This document shows, piece by piece, positions 28,428-39,757 of a stretch of 64,000 bases of DNA. Each line of letters starts with the position of its first letter. Within the stretch, counting starts at the first letter, position 1. Origin of the DNA: Eledone cirrhosa (Eukaryota); contig OZ024743.1 in assembly GCA_964016885.1 (NCBI GenBank), positions 238,886,001 to 238,950,000 on the forward strand. Direction: 5' to 3'. A program made the translations under genes and the position numbers. Under the pieces are notes generated by a model that did not search any database, was not told where the DNA came from, and was given only the letters and a program-made list of their open reading frames with translations.

Positions 28428-28512
<85 letters not shown>

Positions 28513-28755
28513 GTATATATATATTTATATGAAGATTTCATCTGAATGAAACAGTACTAGTACTGTAGAAGCTCCTTCTATAAAATATATATATATATTG
28601 GAATAAATGCTCTGAAATAGCGATATATATGTGAATATAGACATAGAATATTCGAAAATATTCTGTATGTTTATAATAAACATTTTGAAGACCTAATCGC
28701 TATAGAATAGAATACGTCACGTATTACAATTAGATTCTCGATAAAAGCAAGGGAA

Positions 28756-30038
28756 GTAATCTACGCGTTTCATTCTCGTAAGAAATCATCAGGACTACAT
28801 ATCCAGTGCTTTTATCGAGAATGACACAGCTAGAGACTTATAGAATACTTAGCTGTGTACAGGAACTGGTTTGAAAGAGCGGTTGCCGGTCCGGCAGAAA
28901 TTAGAAATTGGAATAAATGCTCTGAAATAGCGATATATATGTGAATATAGACATAGAATATTCGAAAATATTCTGTATGTTTATAATAAACATTTTGAAG
29001 ACCTAATCGCTATAGAATAGAATACGTCACGTATTACAATTAGATTCTCGATAAAAGCAAGGGAAGTAATCTACGCGTTTCATTCTCGTAAGAAATCATC
29101 AGGACTACATATCCAGTGCTTTTATCGAGAATGACACAGCTAGAGACTTATAGAATACTTAGCTGTGTACAGGAACTGGTTTGAAAGAGCGGTTGCCGGT
29201 CCGGCAGAAATTAGAAATTGGAATAAATGCTCTGAAATAGCGATATATATGTGAATATAGACATAGAATATTCGAAAATATTCTGTATGTTTATAATAAA
29301 CATTTTGAAGACCTAATCGCTATAGAATAGAATACGTCACGTATTACAATTAGATTCTCGATAAAAGCAAGGGAAGTAATCTACGCGTTTCATTCTCGTA
29401 AGAAATCATCAGGACTACATATCCAGTGCTTTTATCGAGAATGACACAGCTAGAGACTTATAGAATACTTAGCTGTGTACAGGAACTGGTTTGAAAGAGC
29501 GGTTGCCGGTCCGGCAGAAATTAGAAATTGGAATAAATGCTCTGAAATAGCGATATATATGTGAATATAGACATAGAATATTCGAAAATATTCTGTATGT
29601 TTATAATAAACATTTTGAAGACCTAATCGCTATAGAATAGAATACGTCACGTATTACAATTAGATTCTCGATAAAAGCAAGGGAAGTAATCTACGCGTTT
29701 CATTCTCGTAAGAAATCATCAGGACTACATATCCAGTGCTTTTATCGAGAATGACACAGCTAGAGACTTATAGAATACTTAGCTGTGTACAGGAACTGGT
29801 TTGAAAGAGCGGTTGCCGGTCCGGCAGAAATTAGAAATTGGAATAAATGCTCTGAAATAGCGATATATATGTGAATATAGACATAGAATATTCGAAAATA
29901 TTCTGTATGTTTATAATAAACATTTTGAAGACCTAATCGCTATAGAATAGAATACGTCACGTATTACAATTAGATTCTCGATAAAAGCAAGGGAAGTAAT
30001 CTACGCGTTTCATTCTCGTAAGAAATCATCAGGACTAC
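28756..30038 (-). ncRNA. Five minimal type I hammerheads (28756-28798, 29066-29108, 29376-29418, 29686-29728, 29996-30038)
   Basis: Reverse complement of gtagtc CTGATGA t-ttct-tacg-agaa-t GAAA cgcg TA gattac. Confidence 0.9.
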
Positions 30039-30394
30039 ATATCCAGTGCTTTTATCGAGAATGACACAGCTAGAGACTTATAGAATACTTAGCTGTGTAC
30101 AGGAACTGGTTTGAAAGAGCGGTTGCCGGTCCGGCAGAAATTAGAAATTGGAATAAATGCTCTGAAATAGCGATATATATGTGAATATAGACATAGAATA
30201 TTCGAAAATATTCTGTATGTTTATAATAAACATTTTGAAGACCTAATCGCTATAGAATAGAATACGTCACGTACATTTATTCCAATTTCTAATTTCTGCC
30301 GGACCGGCAACCGCTCTTTCAAACCAGTTCCTGTACACAGCTAAGTATTCTATAAGTCTCTAGCTGTGTCATTCTCGATAAAAGCACTGGATAT

Positions 30395-31367
30395 GTAGTC
30401 CTGATGATTTCTTACGAGAATGAAACGCGTAGATTACTTCCCTTGCTTTTATCGAGAATCTAATTGTAATACGTGACGTATTCTATTCTATAGCGATTAG
30501 GTCTTCAAAATGTTTATTATAAACATACAGAATATTTTCGAATATTCTATGTCTATATTCACATATATATCGCTATTTCAGAGCATTTATTCCAATTTCT
30601 AATTTCTGCCGGACCGGCAACCGCTCTTTCAAACCAGTTCCTGTACACAGCTAAGTATTCTATAAGTCTCTAGCTGTGTCATTCTCGATAAAAGCACTGG
30701 ATATGTAGTCCTGATGATTTCTTACGAGAATGAAACGCGTAGATTACTTCCCTTGCTTTTATCGAGAATCTAATTGTAATACGTGACGTATTCTATTCTA
30801 TAGCGATTAGGTCTTCAAAATGTTTATTATAAACATACAGAATATTTTCGAATATTCTATGTCTATATTCACATATATATCGCTATTTCAGAGCATTTAT
30901 TCCAATTTCTAATTTCTGCCGGACCGGCAACCGCTCTTTCAAACCAGTTCCTGTACACAGCTAAGTATTCTATAAGTCTCTAGCTGTGTCATTCTCGATA
31001 AAAGCACTGGATATGTAGTCCTGATGATTTCTTACGAGAATGAAACGCGTAGATTACTTCCCTTGCTTTTATCGAGAATCTAATTGTAATACGTGACGTA
31101 TTCTATTCTATAGCGATTAGGTCTTCAAAATGTTTATTATAAACATACAGAATATTTTCGAATATTCTATGTCTATATTCACATATATATCGCTATTTCA
31201 GAGCATTTATTCCAATTTCTAATTTCTGCCGGACCGGCAACCGCTCTTTCAAACCAGTTCCTGTACACAGCTAAGTATTCTATAAGTCTCTAGCTGTGTC
31301 ATTCTCGATAAAAGCACTGGATATGTAGTCCTGATGATTTCTTACGAGAATGAAACGCGTAGATTAC
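30395..31367 (+). ncRNA. Four minimal type I hammerheads (30395-30437, 30705-30747, 31015-31057, 31325-31367)
   Basis: Stem I gtagtc/gattac, core CTGATGA, stem II ttct/agaa, GAAA, palindromic stem III acgcgt, GUA triplet. Predicted cut after 30431 and then every 310 nt. Confidence 0.9.
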
Positions 31368-31749
31368 TTCCCTTGCTTTTATCGAGAATCTAATTGTAAT
31401 ACGTGACGTATTCTATTCTATAGCGATTAGGTCTTCAAAATGTTTATTATAAACATACAGAATATTTTCGAATATTCTATGTCTATATTCACATATATAT
31501 ATATATATATATGAATATATATATATATTTAAATTATTGATATATTGTTTTATTGATATTTTTTATCTGTTTGTCCCGAATCTTCTATTATCGAATTTTT
31601 ATCGTATGGTTGATTGTAGACTTGTTCTATATGTGACGGTATTTTAACGATAGTTATAGCTCTGATTCATCTGAATTATTGAGCCCTCTGCCGCTCATTT
31701 CGAATTTTGTTTATCGTGAACTCGTGCGCCGATTTTTCGATACTCGATC

Positions 31750-31795
<46 letters not shown>

Positions 31796-31914
31796 CTGTA
31801 TATATATATGTGTATATTTATATATATGTATATATATATATATATATATATGGGTATATATATATATGTATATATGTATATATATATATGTGTGTAAGTA
31901 TATATATATATGTG

Positions 31915-32079
<165 letters not shown>

Positions 32080-32089
32080 TTAGGTTAAT

Positions 32090-32345
32090 AGGAATTTAGG
32101 TATTGTATACCCGTGTCCCATTAAGGTATTGGCAGCATAATAATTAGCTCTATGCTTTGGAGCAGAGCCGTATATATGATAAAGAACACAAGGGCGTCTA
32201 CAACATCAACATATTTTTATTGGCTTACAATGTTTCTTCCTTACGTAACCGTAGGATACATCAGAGCTATAAAAGGGGTTTGATTGGTGTTATGGACTCT
32301 ACAAACCAAACATTCAAGAACAAAGAGTAAAGAGAGTAAAGAGCA
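32090..32345 (-). mobile_element. PLE-like terminal fragment with degenerate HHR (32223-32267)
   Basis: Minus strand reads gct CTGATGT a-tcct..agga-a GAAA cattg TA agc (A9 mutated). Lies between (AT)n tracts. Confidence 0.5.
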
Positions 32346-32359
32346 AAAGCAGGGGATGA

Positions 32360-32451
<92 letters not shown>

Positions 32452-32523
32452 CAATTAAACAAAAACTTTTCGCTCTCCATGGCTGAATAAACTCAATGTA
32501 ATCTGAGTTTTTCTAATATTAGT

Positions 32524-32715
32524 AATTGTTTCTACTGTTGGCACAAGGCCCGAGATTATTCAGTGCATTACTGGTACTTTATTTTATCGACCCCGTAAGG
32601 ATGAAAGGCAAAGTTAATCTCGGCGGGATTTGAACTCAGAATGGCAAGGGCCGTAAATCTATGCTGGAAAGCATGGCGCCCGACTCTCTACCGTACTGCC
32701 AATCCACCACCTCGA
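32524..32715 (-). mobile_element. Full-length tRNA-derived SINE
   Basis: Reverse complement of the 16415-16602 family. Confidence 0.85.
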
Positions 32716-32786
32716 ATATTAATAATAATATTCGATTCGTTTGCAATTCTGCAAACAAGCCTTAGTTTTAAAGCCATGTCAGTGGA

Positions 32787-33720
32787 ATGAACATGGCATT
32801 AAATGGACACTGCCTGACACCCAACATAGTCTATAGGTGCACAGTTGAGACTGCTTCGAATACCAGCTCTTATATCGGGTCTATTTCTAACCCTTTTAAG
32901 GTACGCTATAACGCGCACTCTTTTTCCTTCCGAGATCCTAGCAACAGATGTTCGACATCGCTAGCTAGGCTCATTAAAAACCTTAAATTAAACAAAGTTC
33001 AACACTCACTATAATGGGATATCGTAGCTAGGGCCCAACCGTTCAATGGACGAAGGAAATCTTGTGATCTCTGTGTTACGGAAGCATATTACATAACTCT
33101 ATCACAACCTCTACCAATTAACGATAGAACGGAGGTAACCATTAGCTGTCAACATCGAAGGGCTAATTCCTTCGCCAATAGAGTTTTTGACCCAACTTAG
33201 TCATGTAGACCCATCTCTAATTGTAGCTAATAAGTTAAATTGCTATGAACAACTCGATAATTATAAGTTACTTCCCCTACATTGTCTCTCAATTAAATAA
33301 TTTAAATACTAGCACATAACTATAAAATACACACAATCTCTAATCTCTCGAGAAGTTACTTCCCCTGAAACCACCCTCTAATTAGTAAGGTAAATATGCC
33401 CTTTGGCAGCCATCTTGTTACCCATAGGCAGATCTCACACAATGCAGCCTCGACAGATGAATACTGCTTGATTATGGCTGACAGCTGATGCAACCAAGGC
33501 ACCATAGTAAAAACCAATATATGGAACATTATATTATGTAACATTATTTTAATTTATATTCCTTTGAGTTCCGATGAGCCACTCTGTTTTTTAAAATATG
33601 TTAATTATTTTCAACTGAACCAGATCAATTTTGATATATAGTCATCTGATCCAGAAATATTATATGGAGTAGCGAAACAATTGTAAACGGACATTATTAT
33701 TATTAATATTATTATTATTA
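32787..33720 (+). mobile_element. PLE 3' remnant: GIY-YIG (about 32787-33200) plus 3' repeat with HHR variant (33568-33688)
   Basis: LNGHCLTPNIVYRC..SYIGS..FKVRYNAH..WDIVARA..CDLC. HHR reads gtt CCGATGA gc.actc..(96 nt)..gagt.gc GAAA caattg TA aac. Confidence 0.8.
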
Positions 33721-34002
33721 TTATTATTCTCTACATTCCTTACATCAAACTAAAATATGTTGACAATCTTTAAATAATGTTTTCCTTTTGAAATTTGTGG
33801 TCCTGTTTTGCTTAACTAATGAATATTTCCAGCTCTGCGCACCTAACCTCTGCATGAACCAGCCACCTAGCTGCTTTCTAGTGCATATTGCACATTGAGC
33901 ACATGCCTTTACGCTTTGGCTTCTAACTAACTCACCAATCTTTCCTCTCATATCTCCTCTACTATCTCCATCTCTCTCTTTAAGATTGGTTACTCTTGAA
34001 CC

Positions 34003-34045
<43 letters not shown>

Positions 34046-34215
34046 TATATATCTTCATATATACATCACACATATAACAGACTAAACACACACGTCTGTT
34101 CTCTCTTCTAATGAAAGACAATCATTGGAAACATTGAGACACCTTTTCTACTGTGTATATCCCCGTAACTCCCGATAGAGTCGCATGGATACCGTCATGA
34201 CCGGCGGAAGATGCA

Positions 34216-34770
34216 GCTGGGTAGGGAGGAAAGAGACTACTCCCTTAACACACCCACCCATCAAATTCCCCACCTACAGCAGCAGCTGTAATAATAGTAG
34301 CAGTAGTTGTAGTAATAGTAGTCGTAGTAATAGTACCACACAATACCACCACCACCACCACCACCACTACCACCACTACCACCATCATTACCCCTACAAC
34401 CACCACAACAACCAACATCACTACTACCATCACTACCACCCCCACAACCATCACCATCACTACAACCACCACCACCACAACCCCCACCACCACCACAACT
34501 CCCACCACCACCACTATCACGACTGCAACCACCACCACAACCACCACTATCATCACTACTACTATTAGTCTATTCTACCCTTTTTTTTTCAATCCCTTGC
34601 ATTCACCTTTCCTTTTGTATTTCTTTGTTCACCTTGTCCATCCTTTTGCTGTCACCACCACCACTACTACTCTCAACCCACTTCATCCTGCTTGACCATA
34701 ACTTCCATTTCACTACTACTGCTACTACTATTACTACAACTACTACTGCTACTACTACTACTGCTGCTAT

Positions 34771-34844
<74 letters not shown>

Positions 34845-34998
34845 TTCCTACTGCTTCTACTACTATTGCTGCTACTACTACTATTGCTACTACTACTATT
34901 ACTACAACTACTGCTACTACTATTACAGCTGCTGCTGTAGGTGGGGAATTTGATGGGTGGGTGTGTTAAGGGAGTAGTCTCTTTCCTCCCTACCCAGC
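34216..34998. repeat. About 115-bp inverted repeat enclosing (CAC)n and (TAC)n trinucleotide tracts
   Basis: 34216-34335 is the reverse complement of about 34880-34998. Confidence 0.85.
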
Positions 34999-35489
34999 CA
35001 TTACCACCACCACCACCACTACCAGCAGCACCATTAGCTTCAGCTGTAGCTGTATTACAACTGTCACCCCTTTCTTCTACACACACTCAGACACACATAC
35101 ACACTCAAACACTAACACGCACACTCAAACAGACACACACACACACTCAAACAGACACACACATACACACATAAACACTCAAACATATACATACACACAC
35201 AGTTAAACACAGAAAGATATATATATATATTGGGCATCTTCTACATATATAGATCTTGGGCATCTTCCAGCCTTGCAAAGCCCATCCCCACTCTAAGCCT
35301 GAACATTTCAAAGGACGAAAAGACAATGATCAAGAGATATTGAGGAAGAATCAATTCTGGTTCCAGATTGGTACTTATTTATTGACTTGTAAACGATGAA
35401 AGGCAAAGGTAGCCTCAATACTTAAGTGTTCTGAATAGAGACTCAAATGTTAATATACATATCATTAATAATCCCTTGTAGCAACCTGT

Positions 35490-37060
35490 ATTGCAATACC
35501 TGTCAATCTTTCTCTTTCAGAAATTGAAACTGCCATTAGAAAACTGTCCAGCGACAAGTGTCCAAGTGATGGTGCTCTGGCAACATAAATATATAAGTAT
35601 TGGGGTCACACCCTAGTGATAATTTCTTTGTGTTCTTAACATGTTTTGAAGAGAGAGGTTCAGTTTTGCAGAAGTTTAAAGATGCCTCAATTGTACACCT
35701 TTACAAAATTTGGGTAACAGACAACCATAGGTGGATATCTCTTTTGTCAGTTCCGGAACAGATACATCCTCGAGTTAACTTGGACCACCTAAACTTTCTC
35801 TAGCAAAATTTGTGCAACCCTAGTCACAGTGTGGGTAAAGGAACTCTTCTATCACATTTGTTCACCTCATCAAGGCATTTGATACCGTGTCACATGATAC
35901 CATGTGGGTCGTCTTTCAAAACCGAAGAAACACCTGACATCATAATTTCCCTCCATTATGGAATAAAAGTATGTATTAACTCTGATGTTGACACTCAGAA
36001 CTTTTTGGTGTTACCAATGGTATTAAACAAGGATGTGCTTTAACTCCTTTTCACTTTGCGTTTCTCAGTGATGTTGAAGCATGCTTTTAAGATATAAATG
36101 AGAGAGTTTCATTTTAGTTTCGGACATCAGGAGGTCTTTACAACCAGCAACGGTTTAAAGCAAAAACAAAGTGTTTTGTTCAAGTAGCCTGTTTGCCGGT
36201 GATTGTACTCTTGTGGTCCACAAATTGATAGACATGTAAACTATTCTAAATACTTTTTCAGATGCATGTAAAGTGTTTTGAATTGTAATCAACATAAAAA
36301 AGACTGCGCTCTTTTATCAGCCTATCCCCGAAAACAACCACCTACTTTACCAACAAGTTTTGCGGATGGCTATCAGATTAAGACAGGTGATCTTTTCACC
36401 TGTCTTGGTCAGTCATAACAAATGATGCAAAAATGGACACGGGAATAGAGAATCGAATTGCAAAGATCAGCTCTGCGTGTGGTAAATTATAGTGATGTGA
36501 CTTTGAGAGTGAAGGTTGACGTTTATACAGCTTCTCTATGGTACGGAAGCATAGACCAGATATCGCAAACACATTAGACAATTAGAATCATTTCACATGC
36601 TATTCTTACGAGGAATCTGTTGCAATAAGTGGTCTAACACGATCAGAAGAGTGGAGTTCTTAAACGCAGCAATATCACTTATATGGAGGCAATCTTAATC
36701 AAAACAAACCTAAAATTGGCTGCCCACTTAGTAGGAATGTATGAATCAGGTTTGCCAAAGCAGCTGTTGTTTGGTCAGCTAACAAATTCGAAACACTGCG
36801 TAAGTCAAACATTCCCCCGGTTTAAGGACAAGCTGACGAACAATATGAAGCGTTGTGGTGTGCATATTGAATCATGGGAAGGACAGATCGTAGATTATAG
36901 TGGGTGGGGCAGATTTGCTTCAGCCTGCTCGCAGATTTTGTGGTCGGCAGACGGGAACATCGGGATTAGTTGCGTGTGGACCTAAACTCGTGTCACAGGA
37001 GGAAGGATTTAGTTCGAGTGTACACATAGCGTATAATGTTTGCTGAACTGCCGTCCTCAT
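35490..37060 (+). mobile_element. Degenerate RTE-clade (BovB-like) LINE, RT region
   Basis: Traces EIETAIRKLSSDKCP, FKDASIVHLYK, NHRWISLLS, KAFDTV, GIKQGC and LPKQLLFGQL across frameshifts. Confidence 0.8.
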
Positions 37061-37421
37061 TATCATGAGGGAACATGATAATAGTACTACTGATGATGTT
37101 GCAAATGTGTAACGAAAGAACTTCGTTAGACTATATATATATATTCATATCTGTATTTTTAACCGTTGGTGAGTCAATGATAAACATTTATTGCCAAATA
37201 AATTAACTATGGAGATATAAAAGATACAGAAGCGAAAACCAGCCAAACAGTGAATGTGTTCTGTTATTATTTCTCGCAATATTATTACAATATGACCCTC
37301 CCCAAGTATAACAATATATATATATATATGTATATGTAAAAGGTAAACAGAAATAACAACACAATCCGTACAGTATATGGAGAGATATACTAGGTTAACG
37401 TTTAATATAGCAGGATGAGGG

Positions 37422-37457
37422 TCTTAACGTTTCCGACGCTAGTCCTTCATCAGAAGA
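37422..37457 (-). ncRNA. Minimal type I hammerhead in a PLE-like terminus
   Basis: Minus strand reads tctt CTGATGA ag-gac-tagc-gtc-g GAAA cg TT aaga. The same terminus recurs truncated at 11617-11725 (+). Confidence 0.7.
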
Positions 37458-38645
37458 AAGAATGAGAAATAAGAGAGACTGAGGGGCCGAGCAGGATGGA
37501 ATTGGAAAAAATGTCTTTAGATAAAAATAACAACTCCGTTCATGTTACATATCTTGCAAAACTGTTGGTGCTGGCGTTTTGTGTATGCATATATATATTC
37601 AAATGCATATATACACACTTATACATATACATACATATATACATATTTGATGATTGCTTCATCTTGTCGGAGGATAGAAGTCGCAACATCACTTCAATCA
37701 TTCCTGCATATCTAAACCCTACTCTGTGCAAAGAGGTGACTTTTCAATCCAGCAACAAAAGGCAAGTTTAAGACTCCACTCCGAGGCACTGATAACATTT
37801 GAAAACAGGACACATCAGCACCTGACAGCTCCCGCCCATCCTACATCTCCCGTGGTGGCGCTATTTCTTTGGCGCAAATTCGTGAAACAAAGCAGTAGAT
37901 ACAGCAGCAAACCCATTGTCTATATGGTACAGGGATTCAAAGACCTGATCTGCATTGGCTGCGGAGATAGAATATCATACGAGAAAATTGCAAAAGAGAC
38001 ATCTATACATTATGGGTTATAGTCAAAAACGCTTGTACAACTTGAACGTTACTCTTGAAACTTCAGTTATTATTATCTGATGACATGAATAAGCAAAATG
38101 ACTGACCAGTAATTCCGTAAACCGTAGCTTTGACTTCAAAATTTCCATCTCTTAGAAGAATGCCGTAACAATAACTCGAGGTCTTTCAACCCCAATGAAC
38201 ACGTTGCACGCCCTGACACCAATCAGGGAGAATTTTGAGTTTCCGCCCACAGATGGATTGTCATAATTATAATTATATAGTCTCATCTAACCCGGTGTGG
38301 AATTCAGAGAGACCCTTCTCCTTGACGGATTGGCGCCCAAGATCTGTCAACACGCAGCAACTGGTTTTAAGGCTAAGTAACTCGCATTTGCCCCGTCTGG
38401 TTGTCAATTCCAAACATCCCCGCCGTGAGAAGGCCAGAAGCAGGGCTTCAGTTGTCAAAGATTATATGTGACGCAAGCCTTTTGGGGCATTTTAGTAGAG
38501 AGTAGATTGTCAGACGTACCCCCACCCCATCAATGACAAACTGAAGCAAATACTAACAATGTCCATTTCAAAGATGTGGGGACTGCGGAAATGGTAATTT
38601 CCCTAAGAAACGCACGTAAGCGACAGATGAAATGTGAATTTAACC

Positions 38646-38716
<71 letters not shown>

Positions 38717-39024
38717 ACATACATACATATTTACGTAGAGGCATATATACATGGATGCATAAAAACATACTTACATATGCGTGAAGCACCTTGTGGTATT
38801 ATGATTTCGTCAACCTATTAGTACTTATATATATATATATATATATATATAAATGAATAGTGTGAGAGAACGAAAATAGAAAACGTGGCTACTCGGTCAC
38901 CAGAGATAATATCTATTAATTACAACGAAAGTAATAGGCGATATCGCTCAGGTGTGTCTATTATAGAAATCATTACTGTTGCTTTTCAAGGAAACTGCAC
39001 ACGTAAATGTGAGAACTATATATA

Positions 39025-39100
39025 CAGGGTGTCCCAAAAATATATACACACTTCGATTGGAATGCTGTTGAAGGGTATATACATATTTTGGGACACCCTA
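39025..39100. mobile_element. Tiny Tc1/mariner-type MITE
   Basis: TA|CAGGGTGTCCCAAAA ... TTTTGGGACACCCT(A)|TA. Confidence 0.75.
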
Positions 39101-39150
39101 TATATGTATATATATGTATATATATGTATATATATATATGTATATATATG

Positions 39151-39185
<35 letters not shown>

Positions 39186-39190
39186 GTATA

Positions 39191-39257
<67 letters not shown>

Positions 39258-39297
39258 ACACACACGTACACGCAAACATATATATATATATATATAT

Positions 39298-39348
<51 letters not shown>

Positions 39349-39429
39349 TATATATATACTTGGCTGTACTTATGATTGCATTCGTTGGCTTAGCTGAGGC
39401 TCGAGCTTCGACTATGTTGTACTTCCAAT

Positions 39430-39510
<81 letters not shown>

Positions 39511-39757
39511 AGTAATAATAATAAAATTGAAGACTAAAATCCAAAGAGGGCTCGATAAGGAAAATATATATCAAATATATAAGAACCGTAGAGCAAATAT
39601 TTATTAAAATAACAGATTAAAGTTTAAGCAAAGAATCGCTGCTTTCACCCTTAACGGGATCTTCTGAAACTAACAAAGACAATCTGTAATCGCAGAACTG
39701 GATATTTCAAAAAACGTTGCAGCCGGAGGAAGACAGGAAGACGATACTTTGGTTCGT

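Larger units (their letters stand above)
28597..31500. mobile_element. Retrozyme candidate: array of 310-bp monomers, each with a hammerhead ribozyme; arms 28597-30273 (sense on -) and 30274-31500 (sense on +)
   Basis: gaataaatgc recurs at 28601, 28911, 29221, 29531, 29841 and 30151. Its reverse complement starts at 30274, 30584, 30894 and 31204. Non-coding, with (AT) runs on both flanks. Confidence 0.9.

Noticed and set aside
28597-31500. CRISPR array or plain satellite
   Set aside because: There are no variable spacers and no cas genes, and the context is eukaryotic. The HHR in every unit and the PLE-like insertion layout argue against a plain satellite.
37085-37130. CTGATGA-hairpin-GAAA motif after the RTE fragment
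   Set aside because: Stem II is plausible but no stem I pairing flanks the core, so it is at best a relic.
38076-38130. CTGATGA as a hammerhead core
   Set aside because: There is no correctly placed GAAA or stems downstream.
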